Part shown: piece by piece, positions 23,919-34,000 of the stretch | Numbering within the stretch: position 1 is the stretch's first letter | Layout of the letters: each line of letters begins with the position of its first letter | Assembly (NCBI RefSeq): GCF_001949145.1 | Contig: NW_019091360.1 | Span: forward strand, 864,137-928,136 | Direction: 5' to 3' | DNA length: 64,000 nt | Source: Acanthaster planci | Taxonomy: Eukaryota | Position numbers and translations under genes: made by a program | Notes under the pieces: model-generated | The model's database searches: none | What the model was told of the DNA's origin: nothing | The model's input: only the letters and a program-made list of their open reading frames with translations

Positions 23919-25979
23919 ATGGATGAGGAATACCAGCAATCCAGTGTGGATAATGATGCTGTAGCTGAGCCGGTGGCCGATCCTCCTGTATCCCTATTAC
24001 AGTCGGGAGATCCAGAAGTGACAACATTGCCATCCCAACAGCTAACAACTCCATGCTTGTCCCAACCGTCAGAGGCTACAGTGACATTTCCACCATCTTG
24101 TAGTACCTCAGCATCATTTTCTTCTAGCTACCTTCGACAAGGTGTGGATTTGACAGCTTTGACTCCCGGTGACATGCCGAGTGGATTTGGTGGAGATATG
24201 GCCCACAAGTGTGTCAAGTGCAGTTCCAGCTTCAACTCCTCGTATGAACTTTCCATACACTGGCAGGAAGAGCACAGAGAAAATTACAAGTGCAAACGCT
24301 GTGAGCGCTGCTTTGCCAAGAAGCATAACCTCTTGAGGCACAACTGCGTGAACGCCTGCAATATCTGCGGTCAGCAATTCACCCGCCGCTACAACCTGAA
24401 ACTGCACATGCAGGTGCACGGAGACGGCTCCAAGATGTACAAGTGTGAATACTGTGGCAAGAGCTTCACACGGCGGTACACGCTGCTGACACACACACGC
24501 TCCCACAGCGGCATCAAGCTATTCAAATGCAGCATCTGCGGGAAGGCTTTCACGCGACAACACACGCTCAACCTGCACCTCAAGCGCCACGTACAGGGGC
24601 AGTCCAAGGCCAGCTTTTTCTGCAGGAAGTGCTACGCTGTCTTTAATGATGCAGTTAGCTTACAGTTGCATCGGGAAAATGAACACTCCAAAGCAAAGAA
24701 GGAACAAACTGTACAGAATTCTGCAATGTCTCAGGCTGTCCAGTCTTCTGCAAATGTTGTGTTTCCAAACAACTGTGCTGGTTACATTTATGGAACCGAG
24801 AATGTAAGTCTTCCTGAGTCCTATCACGTTGGCCCCTATTACCAACAAGAGGATGTAAGCCAACTTCAAAACATTCAAAGAGATGGCAGTTCTTCCAATC
24901 CCAACATTGAGCAGGGAAGCTTTAATGACAGCAAGGATAACAGCTTGATGCTTGAAAAGTCTAGGCACCCAGCATCCTTGGAAAAGCAACATTGGTTTAA
25001 TGAGAAAGATGATAGTCAAGATTCTTCCCCTGGTCAACATGATCCACCGGCTTTGGAGGAGAATTCGGCTGTACAGGGTTCCTCAACCAACATCGTCACT
25101 GTAGTGGACAGTGAGGATGAAGCGTTGAAAGAACCTCAGTGTTCAAATGAATTGGTTGATGTCAGTCAAGGCACTATTGGTCTTGATGATAGTGGTTGTG
25201 GTTCAGAGGTGCATGTTACGGTTGGCCGTGACACGGAACCAGTAGAGGAGACACGGAGGTCATTATTTCCCATGGACAACAGCAAACGGGACAAGAGGAT
25301 GGGACATCGCATGCACCGTCCTTTCTATAGTGGCTGGAAACACGGGGACAGAATGGTGAAAGAAACCTCAGAAATCCGAATAGACATCGTGGATCCCAAT
25401 TCTCTGGAGGAGATCAACCCTCCCTTGACGCCTCCACGAAGTAGTGATACCTCAACCCCAAGATTAAACCAAGCTTCCTCTGAATCTGGGAGCCCAAGCA
25501 CTGCGTCGATCCTGGAGATGAGCCCAACTTATACCAGTCAGCATCATGCCTCCAGGATGAAACAGTCACAGGGTGCCACAGCCGGTGTTTCACAGAACAA
25601 GTCTTGTTCTTCAAGTAGGTTACCTAGTCAAGAACAGCCAGCCCTTCACAAAAACACTGCATATCGCAGTGGCGATAAGATGCACAGTGCCTTGCAACCT
25701 GGGGGTAACAGTTCTGACTGCAGCTCCTCAGAGATGGCTGCCCAGCATATAGCGAAGCATAGTAAGGACAACCCTGATGGTGACGTTGACACGAAGTGGC
25801 GCTGTGCCCACTGCGGAATCACATTTGAAGAAAGTCTGATGTATGTTGTACACATGGGTTGCCACGGGCAATTGGACCCATTCCAGTGCAGCATGTGCGG
25901 ACTTAAGTGTTTAGATCGAATGGCATTTACTCTGCATATAATCGGTGGAAAACACATACATGTAAGACCTAAATCTTGA
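23919..25979 (+). CDS. C2H2 zinc-finger transcription factor, 686 aa, single coding exon; six N-terminal fingers plus an Ikaros/Hunchback-type C-terminal dimerization finger pair
   Basis: Acceptor TTTTTTCAG| at 23896 and first ATG at 23919; an upstream coding exon cannot be excluded. Fingers span 24204-24686 (e.g. YKCEYCGKSFTRRYTLLTHTRSH). The C-terminal WRCAHCGITFEESLMYVVHMGCHGQLDPFQCSMCGLKCLDRMAFTLHIIGGKH matches the Ikaros-family signature Y..HMGCHG..DPF.C..CG. AATAAA at 26156-26161. Confidence 0.92.
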   Translation: MDEEYQQSSVDNDAVAEPVADPPVSLLQSGDPEVTTLPSQQLTTPCLSQPSEATVTFPPSCSTSASFSSSYLRQGVDLTALTPGDMPSGFGGDMAHKCVKCSSSFNSSYELSIHWQEEHRENYKCKRCERCFAKKHNLLRHNCVNACNICGQQFTRRYNLKLHMQVHGDGSKMYKCEYCGKSFTRRYTLLTHTRSHSGIKLFKCSICGKAFTRQHTLNLHLKRHVQGQSKASFFCRKCYAVFNDAVSLQLHRENEHSKAKKEQTVQNSAMSQAVQSSANVVFPNNCAGYIYGTENVSLPESYHVGPYYQQEDVSQLQNIQRDGSSSNPNIEQGSFNDSKDNSLMLEKSRHPASLEKQHWFNEKDDSQDSSPGQHDPPALEENSAVQGSSTNIVTVVDSEDEALKEPQCSNELVDVSQGTIGLDDSGCGSEVHVTVGRDTEPVEETRRSLFPMDNSKRDKRMGHRMHRPFYSGWKHGDRMVKETSEIRIDIVDPNSLEEINPPLTPPRSSDTSTPRLNQASSESGSPSTASILEMSPTYTSQHHASRMKQSQGATAGVSQNKSCSSSRLPSQEQPALHKNTAYRSGDKMHSALQPGGNSSDCSSSEMAAQHIAKHSKDNPDGDVDTKWRCAHCGITFEESLMYVVHMGCHGQLDPFQCSMCGLKCLDRMAFTLHIIGGKHIHVRPKS

Positions 25980-26658
25980 TGGCCAAAATGTTTACTATAT
26001 TTTGTGTTCGAAATACAGATGCGAACCTTGTACAAAAAAGTCTCTTGACTTGACTAGGTAAAGTCAAAAACATTTGTACTTGGAGTGGAGTAACCTACAT
26101 ACATGTACATGAACAGTGTATCTTGTATTTCACTTATTACGCAGCATACATGTACAATAAATATGTTTTGTTACAATGCAAAATATGGACACTCTACTTT
26201 TGTGGTGAATCTCTTGTTGAAAGCCACATTGTCGGAGAACTGTCACAATTGTATTCAGGCTCAAGTACTGTAAATTAGTGACTGTTTCAGAATAAGGTCA
26301 GAACTGAGGTCAAGGTTGATCCCCAAGAGCCAGTCACAGACTTTTCTGCATTATTACAAAGTCTGCTTGAGCTTAACCCTGGAAAATAGGCAATCTCACC
26401 TGTTCACTCACACAGGCTTGAATGTTGAGATATGTACATGTACATGTGTAAGTTTGATATTGATTGATCAGATTCAGTCAGTCACTTTTGTACATTTAAA
26501 TTTGGATTAAAACTAGCTAAGCTTTGTGTGGTTTCTACGCACCCAGAGGATGTTATCTTACCAAGGATGTTACAAAAAGCCAACCATGGGTTTTTTGCTC
26601 TCCTGGTGGAAAGGATTGATAAAATACTGAATTAAGGAAAGATAGAGGCTTGTGAAAA

Positions 26659-27000
26659 CATGTCCATGTACTAGTCCATGTCCATGTACTAGTCCATGTC
26701 CATGTACTAGTCCATGTCCATGTAGTAGTCCATGTACTAGTCCATGTCCATGTACTAGTCCATGTCCATGTACTAGTCCATGTCCATGTAGTAGTCCATG
26801 TACTAGTCCATGTCCATGTAGTAGTCCATGTCCATGTACTAGTCCATGTCCATGTAGTAGTCCATGTACTAGTCCATGTCCATGTAGTAGTCCATGTACT
26901 AGTCCATGTCCATGTACTAGTCCATGTCCATGTACTAGTCCATGTCCATGTAGTAGTCCATGTACTAGTCCATGTCCATGTACTAGTACATGTCCATGTA
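26659..27000. repeat. Compound hexamer minisatellite (57 hexamers: CATGTC, CATGTA, CTAGTC, GTAGTC)
   Basis: The 342 bp parse exactly into 6-mers arranged as 18-bp and 12-bp higher-order units. Confidence 0.95.
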
Positions 27001-28479
27001 TGTTCAAGGTGCAAGAGTAAGTAAGTAAGTTTGGTTGGATATTGTGACGGCATGGTGTATTAAATGTCATGGGCTTCAAGCTAATGTGTGTGTCTGTACC
27101 CAAAAGAAATGTGTGAATTCATACAGTTACAGCGTACTTGCAGCTTCATTGGGTCTGCTGACTCAAAGAATGAAATAAAGTTTCAGTTTATTCCAAAAGT
27201 TTCCTGGCACTGAACAAAATCATTTGATTGAAGATGGGGCAGCTTTCTACTGCGCTGTGCAACACCACAAGCAGACATAAAATGTCATGCAAATATGTCA
27301 TACAAAAATTGACTGCTTCAAACAGCATAGTGAAAGTATCCTCCCAGGGTGATCAATTGATCATTTTATTTTGCTAAGGAAAAATGCAATGTACAGTTGA
27401 TCTACAAGGAAGGCTGGATTTATTGTGCCACTTAAAGCAGTCAGCATTTGTTCATAACATCTCACCCACAGATTCTGCAGTTGTAGACAGTCTAGTAATT
27501 GAAAACTTGAAATCCACACATACATGTACCTTAATTAAGATAAAAGAAAGTGCTGCCATCCAACTTTGTGGGTATCTGTATTTGCAGATCTAAATCACGG
27601 GACTATGTAGTTACCTAGAGTGTAGTACTGTAGTGCTTTGCATAGCATCTACATGTACCATGCACGGTACATGTACATTTAAGGATGATATAGAAATTGA
27701 AAAAAACGAGATGGTCTCAGCCTATCAAAAGACAAAATTTGTGGGTGAGGTGTTAACATGTTTAGTATACATGTACATCCAGCATTTTAGCAGTATTAAT
27801 TTATTATCTAAGGTACATGTATTAAGCAGATTTACTTCATTACTGAAGCAAATTCTACTGAATTGCACATTACTGCTTATGCTCTACATGTAGGTCCTAT
27901 GAATACTAGTCGACCAAGCTACCCTCTGTCTACTGACGTAATCTTGGTCAGTGTGTGCAGTAACGTACATTTATCCACTGACAAGCATTATTTCTTCCTG
28001 TTTACGCATTGCTTTTCATGCACAAAACACTGTAGTTGATGGTTTTGTGTGTCAAAGTTAAATGTAAATATACAGCGCAGTTGACCATGTCTCAGTCAAG
28101 TGTGATATAAATACATGTGCATGTCGCTCTGATAACACTCTGAAAAGACGTTGTCTTGTTGGCTGATCAGAATTCTAGATGCGGAGTTGTGATTCCACTT
28201 TTATTAGGAAATGGTCCCCATAGTGAATAATTGCATGTTGTTGAGACTTAGTTCTGGAAGGTGCCAAACAAATGCAGAATGGATTACACAGGCCTACATG
28301 TACATGTATGTATGTTCAGTTTCCTTTAATCTTGTGCTACAAATGAAACACCAGAATTCCAACAATCTTAATCAGTCATGTTATAGAGAGACAGATTAAA
28401 TGTCTTGATGAATTCTTACATTGAGTAATTAAATCATTGTGCACACAACCTGCAAATTTGTAATTGTTGCTAGTGAATA

Positions 28480-28971
28480 AGGGTGGGTCAACAAATGGGA
28501 TCATTTGTTTTTTAATGTATACTGTAAGACTGCATGTGCACTTGTGGCTGGTGACACTGATTCGGTTCCAATCTGTTCGTGACCAGATTTTTCAAAACAT
28601 TTAAACGGAACCACCCTTTTTAGAGGTTTGACATTTTAATTGACGCAATGTGGCATTCATTATTATTGTAAACGATGCCTGTTATGTACTGGTTTTGACA
28701 TACTAGTTTTTCCCATGTACTTTTGGGGAAAAAGTGGATTCTAAATAATAAACAATACTTGTTTTAAATGCCTCAACATCAATCTACATTTATACATACA
28801 TGTACATGTACATGTAGATTGAACCATGTGCATTGTTGAACTATATATTTATGCATCAGAACGAGGTAGGCAGCAGCGGCCTCTGTAAAGTGTTGGCTAA
28901 ACGTTTAAACATGTAAACAGTATGGGAAAGCTTTCTAAACGTTTTTGAAATCAAACGTAAATTTCCACCCT
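28480..28971 (+). mobile_element. Dispersed repeat, probable non-autonomous DNA transposon (copy 2) with short TIR and TA flanks
   Basis: TA|AGGGTGG ... CCACCCT|TA termini. The body is similar to 21894-22291. Confidence 0.7.
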
Positions 28972-30798
28972 TACCATTGAAAGCTGAAATGGATTCCTGG
29001 ATGGAATTTAAATTGTTTCCAAAAATACTGGAATTGACCAACACTAACAAGGTCCACCACCGGCAAATTGTTAATAAGAAAATAATTGTGGAAGAGTGAG
29101 CCTTGATCAGATGACTGTAGAAAGTTTCCTTTGTTTGCAATATCAATGTTGCCAGCATCAGTGGTTTATAATCCTTAGCCATGTAAGATGCAGTTTTTAT
29201 GCCTTCGTAGTTACCATTTGAACCTTGAAAAGAAGTGCGTGTACATATATTTCTACTTTTGGGACATGACTACATGGATTGAGACAGATTGCTCAGTTGC
29301 TCTATGCAAACTACGGTTAATGCCCTAATGAGGGGATTTTTTGTCTTTTAAAATCTCACAAAGGGAGGGCTTCGGCTCGTTTTGGCCAAGCATTGACATT
29401 CTGATTTTATTGAAACTTTACTTGAAGTTTAAGTTATCTGTATAGCCAAAGTGTTAGCCAAATTGGACATTGGAAAATGAGTATTTTACAGTACCGTCCA
29501 TTGGCACTTCTTGACGTTGTAAATGGCTTTGAAATATTGTTCCTTTGTTTCAAAATTTTAATACATGTACATGTTGATTCATTGTTTATTTATTCAGTAG
29601 AAACATTTTCTGGATTAATATATTATTATTTATTCCAAACCTCATTCATGTCCTGTCACCCTGGGTGTACCTTAATAGTTGCATTTTTTTTCACATTTTG
29701 TGAATGTAATACTGTGTTGCTGATGATGCAATTACTGTCTGACGTTGGACTTTCCCAACAATTTATAGGATTTACATGTGTTTTGGTAAAAAGCCTTGGT
29801 GCAAGGCCAAATTGTGTAATAGAAATTAAGAATAAGCAGCCATATTACAAGTACATACAAGTTATGCAATAATAAGCATGAAAGATTATTACATTTCTGC
29901 ACATGTATGACTTTATATACTAGTTTATATACTGAAGATGTCTGCTCACCTTTTGAGTCTGATTTTACCATCATCTCACAATGAATTTTGGATATATCAA
30001 TATTCCACTCTGAGGATCTCAACAAGTTGGATTGGTACCTGTACTTCCATTTAAGCCGTAGGTCTGTATCTTGCCTTTTTAAAGTTGACTTGGCAGGATC
30101 ATTGATCTTAACAGGTCATCATCCCAAGTTCCTTATACTAGACTTGGTGAAGTAAAATGTCATATGACATCAAGCATGTATGTGAAAAACCAAATAGTTT
30201 GGGGGAGGTTTTTTTTTTGCGGAGGGCCAGTGAATTGACTAGATCGTGATCTTTTGATGGGTTGATCCTTTCTGGTGGATTCAAGCTGAATTTATTAATA
30301 CATGCTTTGGGGTGGAATGGAAGTAAAATGATCCTAATTGTCTCATCCCCCCTTCAAAAAAGGGCAAAAACACACATTTTCTCTTTTTCTGCAGAAATTG
30401 AGGGCACCCCCTCAAGTCTGTCAATACATAACATTCTACACTCTGAGTATTAAGGATCCTACAGATGCCTTGTTTAACACTTAAGACATGATCAGGCAAT
30501 ATATTCTAAATGCTAAATCCACAATATGTAATGTAGGGTCTATGCTTAAATTATAGAAAACACATTTCATGTACATGTACACAAGTACAAGTTCAGTTGG
30601 AAATTCCATTCAGTTTAGTGCTTCCTCCATCCATAGAGGGGGGACAAACGTTGCTAGCTCCGACTCGAAACTCACAGCGCTTTAGAAAAGAAAATCAAGT
30701 TTTCAAAACTGGCTTGTAGGCTTTAGTTTTATGCCTTTTCCAAATTTCATGAAAAACGGAGACTCGACACACCGCTGGCGTCAGCCTTGGGTACGTAG

Positions 30799-30838
30799 CA
30801 AAGATTGTATAGCGCCGCGCGGCGCTATACAATCTTTG
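30799..30838. mobile_element. 40-bp perfect palindrome flanked by an 8-bp direct repeat (minimal MITE)
   Basis: CAAAGATTGTATAGCGCCGC|GCGGCGCTATACAATCTTTG, with GTACGTAG at both 30791-30798 and 30839-30846. Confidence 0.85.
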
Positions 30839-31022
30839 GTACGTAGAGCCGGCCGGCCTAGCCTAGCCTAGCCAGCCCTTTCAAGCATTGGCCATAAATC
30901 GTCACTTGGTGGCGCTGTATGTACGTTGTACATGCATCGGCAAAGATTCGGCATGTTCGACTCCTCAGACGAAAAAGATTACATTCGTTAGCGCTGTTAC
31001 AGAAATACAGCATTTCTTCAAG

Positions 31023-34000
31023 ATGGCTAGTCTTTTATGGAGTAAAGGTACCTTACTCTGCGTATGTGGACCATCGTTTCAGATTCTTTGCCAAAGGTAA
31101 AAAGGTGATTTGCACCTACATGTACATGTATGTACATGCCTACCGTGTACGCGTAGGCCCCACGTCCACTCGGCATGCTCGGACATTAGGCCTCGGGGCC
31201 TAAGCTACATAGTCTTAGGCAGCATGTTACTTCAGTGTACTTAGGCCGGCCTAGGCGATCATACTAATTAACACTCAACACACTGCCAACCTGCAACGGA
31301 CCGTCAACACACCATCAACACAGCGTCAATACCTCCAAAACATGTTTAAAAAAACAAAAGAAGCAGTACTCGACCATAAACATGATAAAGTGTTTGCCGA
31401 AAGGATAATTTGGCTAAACCTCAACAGGTTAGACTTTGGAAAATTGCTGTTTCAATTTTGCCAAAATTGTCTCCTTGCTTGCTTGCTTGTTCAAACTAGC
31501 TCAGAAATCTGCAGCCATGTTGCCTCTGGGACAGCTGAGACCATACCATTAATGCCAGTACGGAAGTCTGGAAGTGTGACGTCACTGTGAACTAGCCCCA
31601 CTAGTGTGGCACGGACTCTCGCTACTGCTCCATCCTTAACCACACATCCGTATGGCTTGCTCTCACAGTCGCCATCTTTAAAATAAGGTCATTGAATATT
31701 AAGTCACTGGACCCCTCATCGTCTCGACGGCTGTTCCATGTCAAGACATATCTAATACACAGACTGAGCTATAAGATACTACATGTACTAAACTTGGGCA
31801 GCAGTTTAGATATGTCTTGACATGGAACAGCTGGAACAGCTGTCAAGTGACATAGTGTTCAACGACCTTATTTTAAAGATGGTAACTGTGAGAGCGAGCC
31901 CATGAGATTGAATGGGTGAAGGCAAAAAGACTTGAAAATATCAGAACAACATGAGTGAAATCATTCAATAAATGGTGCTAAGAAAGCGGAGAGGCTAAGG
32001 ATCATCTCTGTGTGCAAAAAAAAATTGCGCCTACGATTATAAGAGGGTACGCCGAACTTTTTCACTATGCCAACACACAAATTGCGTGTACGGATGTGTG
32101 GCTAAGGATGGAGTGGTAGCGAGAGTCCGTGCCACACTAGTGGGGCTAACTTTGAACAGAAAGTGTAGTGCAAACAAATAGAGTACACGCGCGTGTTGGT
32201 TCGCGCACTGACTCACTAATAGTAATACCCTTTACACGCACAATTATGTGCGTGACGTAGTCACTTCAGTACTCTGTAGAGTAAAGAAGTGAATACGTCA
32301 CATGCACAGTTATGTGTGTAAAAGGCGTTAGCAAGAGAACTAGCATGTAAACCATTCCATTTGTACTCCATTTGTTTGCACTACACTTTGTGGTTCACAG
32401 TGAGTGACGTCACACTTCACTGACTTCGGTAGTCTATATGATAAACCAACAAAAGGCAGTCGTTGCATGGATTACATCTTCGGATGGAGAATCCCCTCCT
32501 ACATGTATGTCCTTTCCCAAATTCCCCAAAGCCACATTGCTTTATTTCTTTGAACTTACTGTGATGCCTGTATTACCAGTAAACTTTGCTTGGGGGAGGG
32601 AAGTGCATCAAGCCATGTAATCCCAGTCAGTTTTAAAATTACCATAATTCCTACTCCAATAGGCCTACTGAAGGATCAACCTATTAAAATTAAAAAAAAA
32701 AATTGAAATTTACAAAATACTACTCACAACATGATCCAAGCAGTGCACCAACAATCTGCTGCTAGCGGTTGGTACCCTCTGTTGTTTGTGGTATTACCTG
32801 CATAACCACACCTAAATGGTATGGTCCAAGATCTATGAGAAGGCAAGATGGCGGCAAACAGCTACACTGCTAGAGATCATTTTTTTCATGTGAAAAAACT
32901 TCATTTTGAAAATTGATTTGTGACCTCCAACTACTGGAAAGTCTCTTTCAGCCCAAGTATTACACTTCTATGCCTCTTTTGTCAATGAAACATTTTTGAG
33001 GTGTTGATGTTGATGTCAAGATAAACGATGATTTGAAATATATTGCCAAAGACACGTGATTAGTGAGAAGACAAACTTACCACACTGCGATTGTACCAAG
33101 GCCATGTTTTTATCATATAGCCGACACTTTGCCCATTCCAAAGCTTTGCCATTGGCGAACAAAAAATTCAAATAATGCTTCGCTAACAGGAAGTGATAAG
33201 CACGCGGTCACAAGTCGTGCACAATGTACATGTAGCCAATCACAGTGCAAAGCCATCAGTCCTTCCCAGTGCCTTGTTTGGGCACTGAGCAGTGAGCAAA
33301 AGTAATGTACATGTACATGTAAGTCCTGGTCCCAGTGGCCCAAGTAACTTGGACGTTGTGAATCACCTCCTGTATCCTGGACATGGTCGGCGATAGTAGA
33401 GTCCAAGTACCCTTCATACATGTATAGACCTTCCCTTCCATTAATTGATTTCACTCAACATACATGTAGTTTGTACATTGTCGTACTCTGGATCAAAATC
33501 CTCACAATTAACCTTTAAAATGGTAGTTAAATCTGTCTAATGCACCCATTGTAGGATAAAGTGGGAATGGGGGAAGAGTTTCCTATACGGACGTCAGTAA
33601 TTATTCCCCTATTAGCCGTCAGAAGGCAAAAACATGTCCAGTAAAGTTCAATTTGGTATTTGAGAAGAGTAGAAAACTTTCCCGTTTAAATTGGAAATGC
33701 TCTTGTCAGGCCTATGTCGGCCAAGCTTGAAGTTGCCATACCGGTAGTTTTCATGTAGCGATTCAAACTGTATGCTAATATTCCTGGAGACAAATTCACG
33801 ACGTGCAGGCCAAGCAGACCATTCACAGTAAGCATGCGGTATCTGCATGTACAGGCTGATGACTGTTTCCTGGGTGGCGCAACATTTGGTAGGTGTGGCC
33901 ACATTGGGTTGTATACAAGAGGTGATTCATAGAGTCTAAGTTACTCGGACTATGTACTTGTACATGTGCAGCTTAGGCCATAAGAAAGAACTGTGCATCT

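Larger units (their letters stand above)
31558..32433. mobile_element. Host palindromic (foldback) element interrupted by the 31593-32148 MITE
   Basis: Removing the insert and one TSD copy restores GAAGTGTGACGTCACTGTGAAC-AGAAAGTGTAGTGCAAACAAATAGAGTAC. This is inverted-complementary to GTACTCCATTTGTTTGCACTACACTTTGTGGTTCACAGTGAGTGACGTCACACTTC at ~32363-32418. Confidence 0.85.

Noticed and set aside
23919..25979. Naming the zinc-finger gene hunchback, IKZF1 or IKZF5
   Set aside because: Only the C-terminal finger pair matches. The DNA-binding fingers lack the diagnostic helices, so no symbol was assigned.
26553..27103. ORFs of 166, 177 and 122 aa with TW, HG/LV and CP/TS repeats (metallothionein-like or His-rich appearance)
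   Set aside because: All three arise from the same hexamer minisatellite. There is no synonymous-site variation and no convincing gene structure.
21894..28973. Two repeat copies flanking the zinc-finger exon, as a composite transposon or gene-capture unit
   Set aside because: The copies are substantially diverged from each other, each has its own termini, and no TSD flanks the pair. Independent insertions are the simpler explanation.
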